Source: Chrysemys picta bellii | Taxonomy: Eukaryota | Length of the DNA stretch: 64,000 bases | Reading direction: 5' to 3' | NCBI RefSeq assembly: GCF_011386835.1 | Contig: NC_088814.1 | Location: forward strand, 992,001 to 1,056,000 | Part shown: positions 46,890-57,344 of the stretch, piece after piece | Layout of the letters: the number at the start of each line of letters is the position of its first letter | Position numbering within the stretch: position 1 is the first letter of the stretch | Notes under the pieces: generated by a model | The model's database searches: none | What the model was told of the DNA's origin: nothing | The model's input: only the letters and a program-made list of their open reading frames with translations | Position numbers and translations under genes: made by a program

Positions 46890-47465
46890 GCTGTGGCATG
46901 GCAGGGCTGGTCGAGGGCTCAGTGGGGCTGGAGGTTGGTCTGGGATTTGCTGGAGCTGGTCCATGGCTCAGTGGGGCTGGTCCGTGGGGCTGGACTGGGG
47001 CTCAGCAGAGCTAAGGGTCTGAGCTGGGGCTCAGTGTGTCTGGGGGCTGGTCTGTGGGACTGGGGGCTGGTCTGGGGCTCAGTGGGGCTGGGGGCTGGTC
47101 CATGGGATAATGGAGCTGAGGACTGGTCCATGGGCCTGGGGGGCTGGTCCGGGGCTCAGTGGGGCTGGGGAGCTGGTCCATGGGACAATGGGGCTGGCCT
47201 AGGGCTCAGTGGGGCTGGTCCATGGGTCTGGGGGGCTGGTCTGTGGCTCAGTGGGGCTGGGGTCTAGTCTGGGTCTCAGTGGGGTTGGGGGGCTGGTCCA
47301 GGGCTAGTCTGGGGCTCAGTGGGGCTGGTCCATGGGACAATGGGTCTGGGGACTGGTCTGTGGGCTGGTCTGTGGCTCAGTGGGGCTGGGGGGCTGGTCC
47401 ATGGGACAGTGGGGCTGGTCCAGGGCTCAGCGGGGCTGAGGGGCTGGTCTGTGGGGCTGGGACTG
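46890..47465. repeat. G-rich short-unit minisatellite in RAMP2 intron 1
   Basis: Many copies of ggggctggtccatggg(acaat) and ggctcagtggggct. Confidence 0.9.
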
Positions 47466-48484
47466 GCCCCTTGCTGTCTCTCCATCTGTTCCTGCAGTTG
47501 CAGGATCTCACAGCAAGCGGCTCTTGCTCCCGTCAGCATGTCGGGGTAGGAGCAAACCCAGCCCAGCGACAGCGCTGGGCTCCGGGGCGAGGCAGCCGGC
47601 CGGCGAGAGGCCCTGTCGCACTTGTCTCCAGCACCTCTCGGGCCAGGCCCCGGGCAGCCGTTCCATGCAGCCCCTTTGGCTCGTCCGTCCTGGGGCCTTT
47701 CCCGCTTTGACTGGGAATCTCTGCCAGTCTGAGCTTCGTTAAGGTCCGTGTGTGTTTGTGCCACTAATTAGCAGGGAAGAACCAAAGGCCTTGAGCCAAG
47801 AAAACCGTCCGGTGGTGACGCGCCGCTGCCAGGTGCCAGCGCTGACCAGACCCAGGGGTGCGGAATAGCGAGGGGCGTCCCAGCCGGTCCCAGCGAGCTG
47901 CATCTCCTCGCAGACACGCGCCTGCCCCTCCAAGAGCAGGGTCCCGGGCACTGTCACGTGCATTATAACAGCGCTGCACCAAACCCAGCTACCAATCCCC
48001 CAGCCCCTCCTGGGCCCCAACCTCCATCACACCCCCAGGGACACTGAGGCACAGAAAGGGCAGGGACCTGCCTGAGGATACAGGAGCAGCCAGGGCCAGA
48101 GCTGGGGATGGAGCCCTGGGCTCCCAGCACGGGAGGGAGGGGTCCCTAAGGCCTTATCCTCCGCACAGGCTGCAGACCCCTCCCTTCAAGCCCCCCCTTT
48201 CACACAGTCCAGGGCGAAGGGGTCACTCTGAGCCCAATAGCCCATTCCTGCCCCAGGACCTCGTGTGCATTAGGGAGCCAGACCTTGGGGGCTGGGTTAG
48301 TGCTAGCTATGGGCCCCTTTGGACACCCCCCCCCCCCAGCACACAGAGCACCCTGGGGCTCCAGAGGGGTCTGGCTTGCAGAAGTTGGAACCAAGTCTTG
48401 CTTTGCCAAGTGGCCCAAAGCTGCAGCCTCCCCACCCCCAAACTCCTGGAGCTGGAGCAGACCCAGCCTGCCTGCAGCACTTAC

Positions 48485-48551
48485 CCCAGAGCAGCAACAG
48501 CAGGAGCCCGGGGCAGAGCCTGCCAGAGCCGGTCTGTCTGCAAAGTGCCAT
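48485..48551 (-). CDS. RAMP2: RAMP2 exon 1 (67 coding nt), signal peptide MALCRQTGSGRLCPGLLLLLLW; full CDS 549 nt, 182 aa
   Basis: ATG in a strong context (aggATGG), poly-Leu h-region, phase-1 GTAAGT donor; the four exons give an intact ORF. Confidence 0.82.
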
Positions 48552-49269
48552 CCTGCAAAGCCTGCCTGCTAACGGCCAGGACAGCTATTTCAACGGAAAT
48601 AACAGGAAGCAACTCCTTTCCTCTGACAGGGCTGGTAGTGACTACAGGAGACGTGTGAAAAATGAGATTACTCAGTGCTGCCTTAAACCAGACCTCCCCG
48701 TGGGACGCCCGTCAGAACAGTCCGCCTGCCGGGCCCGGCTCTGCTAGGTGTGTGCTCCACCAGCTGGGCATGGCTCCTCGGGGGCACCGAGCCTTCGCCA
48801 GCCCCGGGCGGCTCCCCGCGTCACCCCTCGCAGCTGGGGCCGGTGGGAGAGGCTCCGCTCCCTCCACCGCCCAGCAGCGTTTACGAGGCCCACTGTTTGT
48901 TTACTTGTATATTTCCCTTTAATCCCGTCTGGGCTGGGTTGTGAAATCCATTGGCTCCAAGGAGCGAACACAGAACGTGCACTAGCCCAGGACGGGCACT
49001 GCCATTAGCGAGCTGTGGGGCCGCGGGCACGGCCTGGCTAATGTGCCAAGCCCTTCCAAACACCACCTGCCCACTCCCCATCAGCCTGGGGAAGAGCCAG
49101 TCCCCCCACCGCCCTGCGGAAAGGGGCGAGATGGGGCAGCACTGGGACACCTGCCCCGGGTGCCAGGAGGCCTCGCAGCACCACTGGGGCCTCCAAGGGA
49201 AGTTACCAAAGTGGGGGTGGGGTGCTAACAGCTGCTTCGTGAAGACAAATGTGCTGTGTCAATGCCCCT

Positions 49270-49445
49270 CAATCCCGACCCGCGGCCCCCCTGCTAGCCC
49301 AGCCCTGGGCTCCCCACAGCTCTGCCAGTGCCCCTCACTCCCAACCCCCAGCCCCCCTGCTAGCCCAGCCCTGGGCTCCCCACAGCTCTGCCAGTGTCCC
49401 TCACTCCCAACCTGCAGTCCCCCTGCTAGCCCAGCCCTGGGAACC
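49270..49445. repeat. About 60-bp tandem repeat (3 copies)
   Basis: cccctgctagcccagccctgggctccccacagctctgccagtgcccctcactcccaacc; reverse complement of the 4160-4625 family. Confidence 0.85.
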
Positions 49446-50399
49446 CCCAAGCAGAAGTGAACACTTGAGAATGACACCACACGGTGTGGTAGGTCTGTGA
49501 TGCACTCCTGCAGGGATCAGGCTGAGACCAGCCAAGCTCATGTCACTTGTGGCCTGAGACAGCATTTGATTCCAGCGTTTCCCCTTTAAAAGTCAGTCTC
49601 TGGAACTCCCATACTGTGTGTAAATCACAGGGCAAAAGGCTGCGGTTAGGAAGATCCTATCACTCTGTGCATTAGGCTTTCATTGGAAATGTCCTTGAGT
49701 CACTGGCCAATTAGTGCTGGGCTGCACCATCGGAGCTGGTTCCAGGAAGCTCCCAGCCGTTCACTGGAAAGCAGCCACATCTGGAACGGATAACGCCCCA
49801 GCGCATGGGGTGGATTCGGGGTTAGAGCCCCTGGATCCTGTTCTTTGTTGTCTGGAGCCGAGGCTGGAGTTCGGCGGATAGCTTCCCTGCCAAGGAAACA
49901 CCCACTGATGTCAGCTGGAGTGCTGGAGTTTAGACAGGGCCATGCTGTCACTTGCTCATGTGATTCTCCTCCGGAGCTCACCCCCTCTCCCACACGTTCT
50001 GCCAGCCAAAGCCTGTTCTCCTGGCTCCTGCCCCGGGGGATTCGAGTCCGGGCAGGGCACGCGGACGGCTGCAGCAGGGCCTGGAGGCTGCTGAGGAGAA
50101 GCCGGCTTGTGGGAATGGGGCAGAGCCTGCGATCGCTGCCCCACTGGACTTGGGACCTGCTCCAGGTGTGTCTGCACTGGCTGAGTGCTCTGGACAGGCC
50201 AAGGCTGCAGGGGTCTGGGTTCAGCGCCTCTAATCACCCCTGGGCCTGGAAAACAACCAACATTCCCACTGTCCCTCCGCCCCTCCTCCCGCAGGGCCCT
50301 GCGTACTCCCCCTCCCCAGCCCAGCCACCCCCTGGGCCCGGCAGCATTGCTTGCCCCTCTTACAGCGAGGGGAGGGGCTCAGGGAGTCCAGGGCAGAGC

Positions 50400-50960
50400 T
50401 GGGAACAGAACTCCCAGCCCCCCTACTCTAACCACTAGTCCCCACTCCCCTCCCAGAGCTGGGATAGAACCCAGGAGTACTGGCTCCCAGCCCCTCCCCA
50501 CTCTAACCACTAGACCCCACTCCCCTCCCTGATCCAGGGATAGAACCCAGGAGTCCTGGCTCCCAGCATCCCCCCACCCCAAACACTAGAACCCACTCCC
50601 CTCCCTGATCCAGGCATAGAACCCAGGAGTCCTGGCTCCCAGCCCCATCCCACTCTAACCACTAGACCCCACTCCCCTCCCCGATCCAGGGATAGAACCC
50701 AGGAGTCCTGGCTCCCAGCACCCCCCCCAACACTAGACCCCACTCCCCTCCCTGATCCAGGCATAGAACCCAGGAGTCCTGGCTCCCAGCACCCCCCCCC
50801 CAAACACTAGACCCCACTCCCCTCCCCGATCCAGGCATAGAACCCAGGAGTCCTGGCTCCCAGCACCCCCCCCCAACCACTAGACCCCACTCCCCTCCCC
50901 GATCCAGGCATAGAACCCAGGAGTCCTGGCTCCCAGCACCCCGCCCCCCAACACTAGACA
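50400..50960. repeat. About 72-76 bp minisatellite (7-8 copies) directly 3' of the RAMP paralogue
   Basis: Unit cactagaccccactcccctcc..gatccaggcatagaacccaggagtcctggctcccagc. Confidence 0.95.
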
Positions 50961-51308
50961 CTCTCTCTCCCTTTCCAGTTGATGCCCAGGACTGTGCGAG
51001 ATGAAGCCCTTTGTCTGCTGAGCACAGATGGTGCCGTGGGGAGGGGCCGATCTGGCTTTGGCTCAGCCTCCCTGGCCTTGCGGAGCGTGAGAGCAACCAG
51101 GAGAGGGGTCAGGCAGGCAGGCACGGCGGCCATGGCTAGGACGGGCCCCAGAGGTGGCTGGCTGGGCTGGGAGCTGGCAGGCACGGTGCAGTTGGTGAAA
51201 TACTCCATGTGGATCTGCAGGAAGAAGGAGTCAAGAGCAGGGCTGGGCCAGGGGCAGGAGAGCGCCTCGGCCATCAGCACGGTGCAGTTGGAGAGGTCGC
51301 TGTAGATC
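50954..51308 (-). CDS. RAMP-family paralogue (RAMP5-like candidate), last exon: (R)IYSDLSNCTVLMAEALSCPWPSPALDSFFLQIHMEYFTNCTVPASSQPSQPPLGPVLAMAAVPACLTPLLVALTLRK...GRESV*
   Basis: RAMP signature Y..L.NCT...AE.L.C.WP....D.FF..IH..YF.NC, P-P linker, TM helix; acceptor ctctccctccccag at the same phase-2 position as RAMP2 exon 4. Confidence 0.88.
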
Positions 51309-51545
51309 CTGGGGAGGGAGAGGAGGGGACGTGAGGCTGAGCCTGGCCGGGCTCAGCAGCACCCAGCGCGGTGGCCCAAACAAGCCCCAAGCCGGGCACT
51401 GACTGTGCATCCGGTAACGGCAGCGACAGGGGCACCGTTCACCCGCAGGGTCCTCGTGCGCCGCACACCGCATGCACTGAGCACCCTGCAATGCAGCCAC
51501 TGCTGGGAACTGAGCAGCCACCAGCCCGCAGCCTGTGCCGCACCC

Positions 51546-51990
51546 TGCCGATGGTGCGCTGCACACACCCCCCCCCATGCGGGACGCTGCACACAGCCGA
51601 TGGTGCGCCGCACACTTCCCCCCCCCCCCACGGGACGCCACAGGCAGCCGATGGTGCGCCGCACACACACACCCCCACGCGGGACGCTGCACACAGCCGA
51701 TGGTGCGCCGCACACACACCCCCACGCGGGATGCTGCACACAGCCGATGGTGCGCCGCACCTCCCCCCCCCACGCGGGACGCTGCACACAGCCGATGGTG
51801 CACCGCAGACTCCCCCGCACGCGGGATGCTGCACACAGCCGATGGTGCGCCGCACCCCCCACACACACGGGACGCCACAGGCAGCCGATGGTGCGCCGCA
51901 CAGCCCCCCGCACGCAGGACGCCGATGGTGCGCCGCACCCCCCCCCGCACATGGGACACCACAGGCAGCCGATGGTGCACCGCACACACC
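51546..51990. repeat. CpG-rich minisatellite (about 45-50 bp, about 10 copies) in the last intron of the RAMP paralogue
   Basis: Core cagccgatggtgcgccgcac followed by variable C/CA runs and cacgcgggacgctgcaca. Confidence 0.95.
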
Positions 51991-52295
51991 CCTGCACGCG
52001 GGAGGCCACACGCACCAGAGGCACTGCACAATGCGCCCTGCTCTCAGCATGCTGACAGCTGCGCGCAGGGAAACAGGACACACGGCAGCGCTGACTTGTT
52101 TGAAAATCCCCTTCCCCCACGGGATCGTTACCAAGCCGGGGTGCTCGGCGTCCCAGAGCCCGTCTAAGAGCAAACCCCAGCGAGGCGATGCTCTCCCCCG
52201 GCACCTGCCCGTGCCCCGGCACTACATGCACTCTGCTCCCAGCCCCAGAGCGCCTCGGAAGCGCGGATCTGTCGGGGGCGGACGGGCGTCCAGAC

Positions 52296-52437
52296 CTGCC
52301 GATCTGCTCCCACTGACACCGGCTCCACTCTGGCGTGGCCATGACTGTGGCGTGGAAGGTGGTCCAGCAGTACAGGGTGATCCACTCCAGGTAGGTGTCC
52401 CTGCAGTGGGCCGACCCGCCCTCCTCGGCAAAGGGGC
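52296..52437 (-). CDS. RAMP paralogue ectodomain exon (142 nt): (G)PFAEEGGSAHCRDTYLEWITLYCWTTFHATVMATPEWSRCQWEQIG(R)
   Basis: ctaac branch point and tctctctccctag acceptor, GTCTGG donor; C...CW..F...M......C.W..I.R matches RAMP helices 1-2; phase 1 to 2. Confidence 0.88.
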
Positions 52438-53087
52438 CTAGGGAGAGAGATCTGTCTGTTAGTCACCCCTGAGGAGCCGGGGCAGAGCTCTGGGCAGGGC
52501 GGAGGCCCCGGCACTGCCATGCCAGCCTAGCCTGCTCTACCCCGGCTCCTGGCAAGGAACATAGGCTGAGGGAATGAAGGACCCCAACCCGCAGCTCCGT
52601 CCACTAGTTCTGCCCCCTGCAGCGCAGCTCCCGTCCCCTCCCACAGCCCAGCGGAGTCCAGAGCGTGCCCCTCGCCTCGGCCTGGCAGCATCAGAACCAG
52701 CCCCTGGCTCCCCGGAGAGGCTGTTCTGAGAGCCCCAGCTAAGCCACGAGATCCCAGAGGCCTGGCCAGACACTCAGCTCCCACAGTCCGGGCTGGGCTG
52801 GGCGGGATGGATCCAGGAAAGTGCCTTTGTCCCTTGCCTCCTAGCAGGGTCGGGGCCCGGAGAACAATCAGTGTTAGCAGGCTGCTGGCACGGGGCTGTG
52901 CCAGCAGGTCGTGGGTCGGGGGCCTGCCCCCAGGCTGAGCCAGAGCCCCTTAGCTCCAGGCACCATCGGCTGCTGTCTAGCGGCAGCGGGTGTCTCTGTG
53001 GTGCACGGTGCCCCCATGCAGAGCCCCCCAGTCCTGTTGGGGGGACCGACACCTGGGCATGATGGGTGCAGGGGGGGCGTCACTCAC

Positions 53088-53114
53088 CTTCCTCCTCCAA
53101 ATACAGGTAATGAC
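53088..53114 (-). CDS. RAMP paralogue micro-exon (27 nt): (S)HYLYLEEE(G)
   Basis: Strong acceptor ccttcccctttgctcttgcag and donor GTGAGT; symmetric phase 1, no stop codon. Confidence 0.7.
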
Positions 53115-53572
53115 CTGCAAGAGCAAAGGGGAAGGATCAGAGCAGGGAGGGGGCGAGCCAGCGGGGCCTGGCCAGGGTGAATCTGTCCAGCCCCTGTCTC
53201 AGCTGTGTGGGCACCATCAGCAGCGCTGGGCACCGTCTCCCTCCACCCCAGCCCAGGCTGCTCTACCCGCTAGCCAAGACCTTGGGGAATCCTCCAGGAA
53301 GGCACCCCAGGAGCAGGGGGTCCCCACGGAGCTGGGTGCCCTCAGCACTGGGTGGGAGCTCTGGGGAAACAGGTTACTGCTGGGGGGAGACCCCCAGGTG
53401 CCTGCACTTCAGCATCCCTGACAGCGCCCACCTCAGGGGCAGGAGGGGGGACACCGGGAGGGTGGGGGGGAGGTGCTATTTGTGGCACAGGGTGAAGGAG
53501 GGAGCTCAGGATCAGGCCCCCAGAATTGTTCCCGGGGTCCCACCTTGGGAGGTGAATACAGGGGACTCTTAC

Positions 53573-53611
53573 TTTCATCCTCGAGGTCTCCGTAGGTCAG
53601 CTCCCCGCGCC
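53573..53611 (-). CDS. RAMP paralogue micro-exon (39 nt): (G)RGELTYGDLEDE(S)
   Basis: Acceptor ctctcgtctcctgctgcag and donor GTAAGA; symmetric phase 1; composition matches the neighbouring micro-exon. Confidence 0.65.
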
Positions 53612-54632
53612 CTGCAGCAGGAGACGAGAGCGGTCACAGCAGAGCTGGGCTTGGGCCCCCACAGGCCATGCCACACCCAGCCCTGTCGCAAGCGGAGGGG
53701 AGGCCCCGGCTTGGAGGGAGATGCCGAAGGGGACGGCCTGGGGCTTCCCCCTGGGCCCTGGGGAGACCCCCCGTGGGGAGCAGGGCCCATGCGATCAGGC
53801 GATGCACCCCCCGCGGCTGTAGCCGGGCTGTCTGTGGGGGCCGGGCTCCGACATCGGGGGCGCTGGCACCGACAGGCTGGTTCCTGAGCAGACAGATTGA
53901 TTTTCCGGGCGGAGGAAGGTGTGCAGCAAATATCACCTCGAACTCGGCTCCGAGGCCTGGGGTGGGGCGGAGCCGGGGCGCGGGTCTAGCAGGGCAGAGA
54001 TGGAGGCAGAGGATGGAAATGCTCAGGGACTGACCGCGCCACAGGAGGAGCTGGCGTGTCCCTCCCTGGCACACACCCTCTCATAACCCTGGGGGCCAGT
54101 CCCATCCACCCCCAAGGACTTTGGATGCACTGAGCCCAGCCCACCAGGACCCCCAGTGTCTCTCGGTGCCTTGGCCCAGGACGGGCTTTCTCAGCACTGC
54201 AAGAGAGGCCCTGGCTGGGAGCATGAAATGCTGATCGGCCCCCGGGGCCGCCGACTGGCCGCAAATCACCTCAGAGCTGCTTGGCACCCGCTCTGCTCAG
54301 GGCTCCTGGGGTGGGGAGGGGTCCCCAACAGGACAGCCTGGCAGAAAGGAACCCAAACCCACGGGAGACGCGAGAGCCAGGAGCGCCCTGCTGGGGGCGG
54401 GGGGGGGGGGAGGGAAGATGGGCTGTACCCCCTCCCAAACGGTAACAAGCCCTCAGGACAGGCGTCAGCCCGACGCAGCCGACCCCCGCCCAGCCCTTCG
54501 GGGCCCTAGGGACGGGACACAAGGAGAGCGCTCGTGCCCTCCGCTCGGACCTCCCAGCTGGGTGCTGAGGGCGTCAGAGGAGCCGGGTGGGGGCTGCGTG
54601 TGCGGGAGGCAGTGATGGGCCGAGGGACGCAC

Positions 54633-54698
54633 CCTTAAGTTGCCTCGTCTGACTCCATGGTCTGTGCACACGGCCGAGTGCTGCATGAACCCCTGGGC
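54633..54698 (-). CDS. Possible RAMP paralogue exon 2 (66 nt): (G)PGVHAALGRVHRPWSQTRQLK(G)
   Basis: Donor GTGCGT, weak acceptor ccctggcgcag; symmetric phase 1; would supply a V-H-A signal-peptidase site after the exon-1 h-region. Confidence 0.45.
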
Positions 54699-55057
54699 CT
54701 GCGCCAGGGACCCCACTGGGCACCCATCCCCCCGGAGCAGCAGGGAGGGCTGGCGACCAGCCAGGGTGCTGGGATGGGGACCGGCTCCCCAAGGAGCTGG
54801 GCTCTTCATGCTGGCAATGCCAGGCAGCTGGACCGTCCCCAGGGTGCCATCTGGGTCACAAAGCAGCAGCACCTGCCCTGGGCGAGGGAGACGAGACAAA
54901 TGCAGCAGCTGGAGCCGGGGTGGTTTGCCAGGTCGGCCTCCCTCTGCCCGGGCAGCATGTCAGGCCTGGAGCCAGGCTCGGCATCCAACCCGCTGGGATC
55001 AGACCGCAGGGGCCCAGCGGGAGCTGCCAGGCCTGGCCCCACAAGCAGGACCCTTAC

Positions 55058-55115
55058 CCCACTGCAGGAGCGGGATTAGCAGCCAGTAACAGAGGCACCG
55101 GGGCTGGACAGGCAT
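55058..55115 (-). CDS. RAMP paralogue exon 1 (58 coding nt): signal peptide MPVQPRCLCYWLLIPLLQW
   Basis: ATG at 55115, hydrophobic core, ends TGG G then GTAAGG, the same W/phase-1 ending as RAMP2 exon 1. Confidence 0.7.
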
Positions 55116-55657
55116 TCTCCCCACCTGCGGGGTCAGGGCGCAGAGTTCCCCAGGAGAGGGGCAGCAGGGCCCTTCCCCAGATATCCCCCAGCCACTTATC
55201 GCCCCATCTAGCACCTGGGCTATTGGCGGCCGCCCAGCCAATGGGAGGGAAGAGGGCAGGGAAAACATGCACTCTCCCAGGGGCTGGATCTTCCAGCCTC
55301 CAAAGTCATCAGATAAGAGGTCAAGTGAGATCTCCAGGCTGCGGGTAACTGTACAGGGAGGGAGGGAGCCGGTTCCTCTGCTTGGGATGGGGCAGGGGTC
55401 TGGGGGGTTGGCAAGGGAGCGCTCCAGGCTCCGGGACTGGGGGACAGGCTGATGGCTGACTGGTGCCAGGCATTTCTGCTCACCCGCTCCAATGTCTTCC
55501 TAGCTTTGCCTCTTCTTTGCTGGATGCATTTTGTTAGGAAAACAGCCCCAGCCCCTGGAGAGCTGGGGCACTGGCTGCGGGAAGCAGAGCAGCCACACAG
55601 AGCAAAGAAACCCACCCATGGAAAATCTCCCGGTACCAAAGCTGTCTCCCACGGGAA

Positions 55658-55760
55658 TAGGGTGACCAGATGTCCCGATTTTGGGGTCTTTTTCTTAGAT
55701 AGGCTCCTATTATCCCCCATCCCCATCCCGATTTTTCACACTTGCTGTCTGGTCACCCTA
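55658..55760. mobile_element. hAT-type MITE (103 bp)
   Basis: Perfect 13-bp TIR tagggtgaccaga; TSD cacgggaa/cgcgggaa (7/8). Confidence 0.9.
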
Positions 55761-56692
55761 CGCGGGAAGACACAGAGCTGGGCTGGTCCTACTGGGATTT
55801 CAGCTGGTCGTTACACAATGTTTTGGGACCGGGTTCTTGCACCTGGGGCGGGGATGGGGAGTTGTCTAGCCCCATTTGCACTCTCTCTAGACGAGGGCCC
55901 TGCCCCTGAAATGCCCTCGGAGAGCCGCAGTGTGATGTGCTCTAGCAGTGCCCCCAACATGCCCCTTACATCAAGGCTGTGAGCAGGGGTGTGCAGAGTC
56001 CAGGAGCTGTGAGTGGGGGAGCCATTTCTCCCTGCTTTAATGCCCCAGGACTCTGCCAGAGCAGCATAGGAGGGCCGGAGGGTAGGTGAGACTCGGGCTC
56101 CAGGTAGTTCAAACTGATGCTTGGACCCCTCTGCCCCCCACCCCCAGCTACACACGTTATATAGGGGTGCTTAATACTGCGGTGATGTGCGGCGCCAGAA
56201 CCTAACTGGGCTGGGCCAGGATTCTCTCCAGCTCCTGGGAACGGGGAGTTCGCTCTCCGTTAGCTGCAGCCCGCAAGGCCTTACAGCTATGCCCTGAAAC
56301 TGCTGACCGGGCAGGTGCATGCGCCACCGAGCGGGGAGAGGGCCAGCTCAGAGGCAGGATTCCAGCCATGTCAGCAGCTGGGAGCGCCTCCCCTTCCCTG
56401 TGGGAGAAATCCTGGGCAGCGCAAACAAAAGCAACTAGGTCCAGCAGGTAAAGCTGAGACCATCAGCAGGGCCCTGATTCACTCCAGAGAGGAAGGAAAA
56501 GTCCAAACAAAACATACGAAGAAGGGTGATGACAAACCAGTACAGGGACAAGAGGGGGGTGAGCGAGGAAACAAACTCAGGGGGCCAGACCCTTGGCTGG
56601 AGTGAAGCAGCTCAAGGCCACCCACGTCACCAGAGGAACACGGCCACTCACAGCAGATGAGGATCCGGCCTAGGAGAAGGGAGTGGTCTCGC

Positions 56693-56856
56693 TCATAGAA
56701 TATCAGGGCTGGAAGGGACCTCCAGAGGTATCTAGTCCAACCCCCTGCTCAAAGCAGGACCAATCCCCACCTAAATCCCCAAATGGTCCCCTCAAGGATT
56801 GAGCTCACAACCTGGGTTTAGCAGGCCAATGCTCAAACCACTGAACTATCCCTCCC
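56693..56856 (-). mobile_element. Tortoise Pol III/SINE (tRNA-derived head, CR1-like tail)
   Basis: Minus strand gggagggatagttcagtggtttgagcattggcctgctaaaccc...cccttccagccctgatattctatga. Confidence 0.85.
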
Positions 56857-57344
56857 CTCTGGCTCAGACTGCAGTGGCAGGGTGAGGAAGGAACGGTCTG
56901 AGTGAAACATCAGGGAAAGTTTCTACCAGGGCAACTTGAGAGGGAAGTGACTCCCCGCCCCCAGGGAAGGCAGGCAGTGCTGGGGGGGGGGGGGGTGATG
57001 GCTGCTGTGTCGGGCGTTTCACCGCTGGCAGCGGGTTAAGGAAGGAGTGCAGCAGGATCTAGTGTTTGGGGCAGGAGAGGGGGAGCAGGGCTCAAGTTCC
57101 GTTCCCAGCTCTGCCAGGGAATCATGTTGTCATCTTGGGGAAACTGAGGCCTCTCCACCAGCCCCACAGCGTTGAGGTGAGGTTCGCTACTGAATGGTGG
57201 CTGAATGCGAGGAGATCCTGGGGGGAAGGTGGGGTACAGGTGCAAAGCTGTACTCTATCAAAGTGAAGGACACCAAGGAATCCACTTCCCTGGGCTCCAC
57301 AGAGCCCCTCTGCCGGTGCCTTGGCTTCCTCTCGGGTGTGGGGT

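Noticed and set aside
51231-52441. Cys/His-rich ORFs of 210-356 aa, and a CRISPR-like repeat-spacer appearance
   Set aside because: The ORFs come from a tandem repeat, and the apparent spacers are related variants of one unit. The context is a eukaryotic intron with no cas genes. Only 52296-52437 is a real exon.
53634-54074. Hydrophobic ORF start (MCQGGTRQLLLW...) as the paralogue signal exon
   Set aside because: It begins at GTG and has no suitable phase-1 donor; 55058-55115 fits much better.
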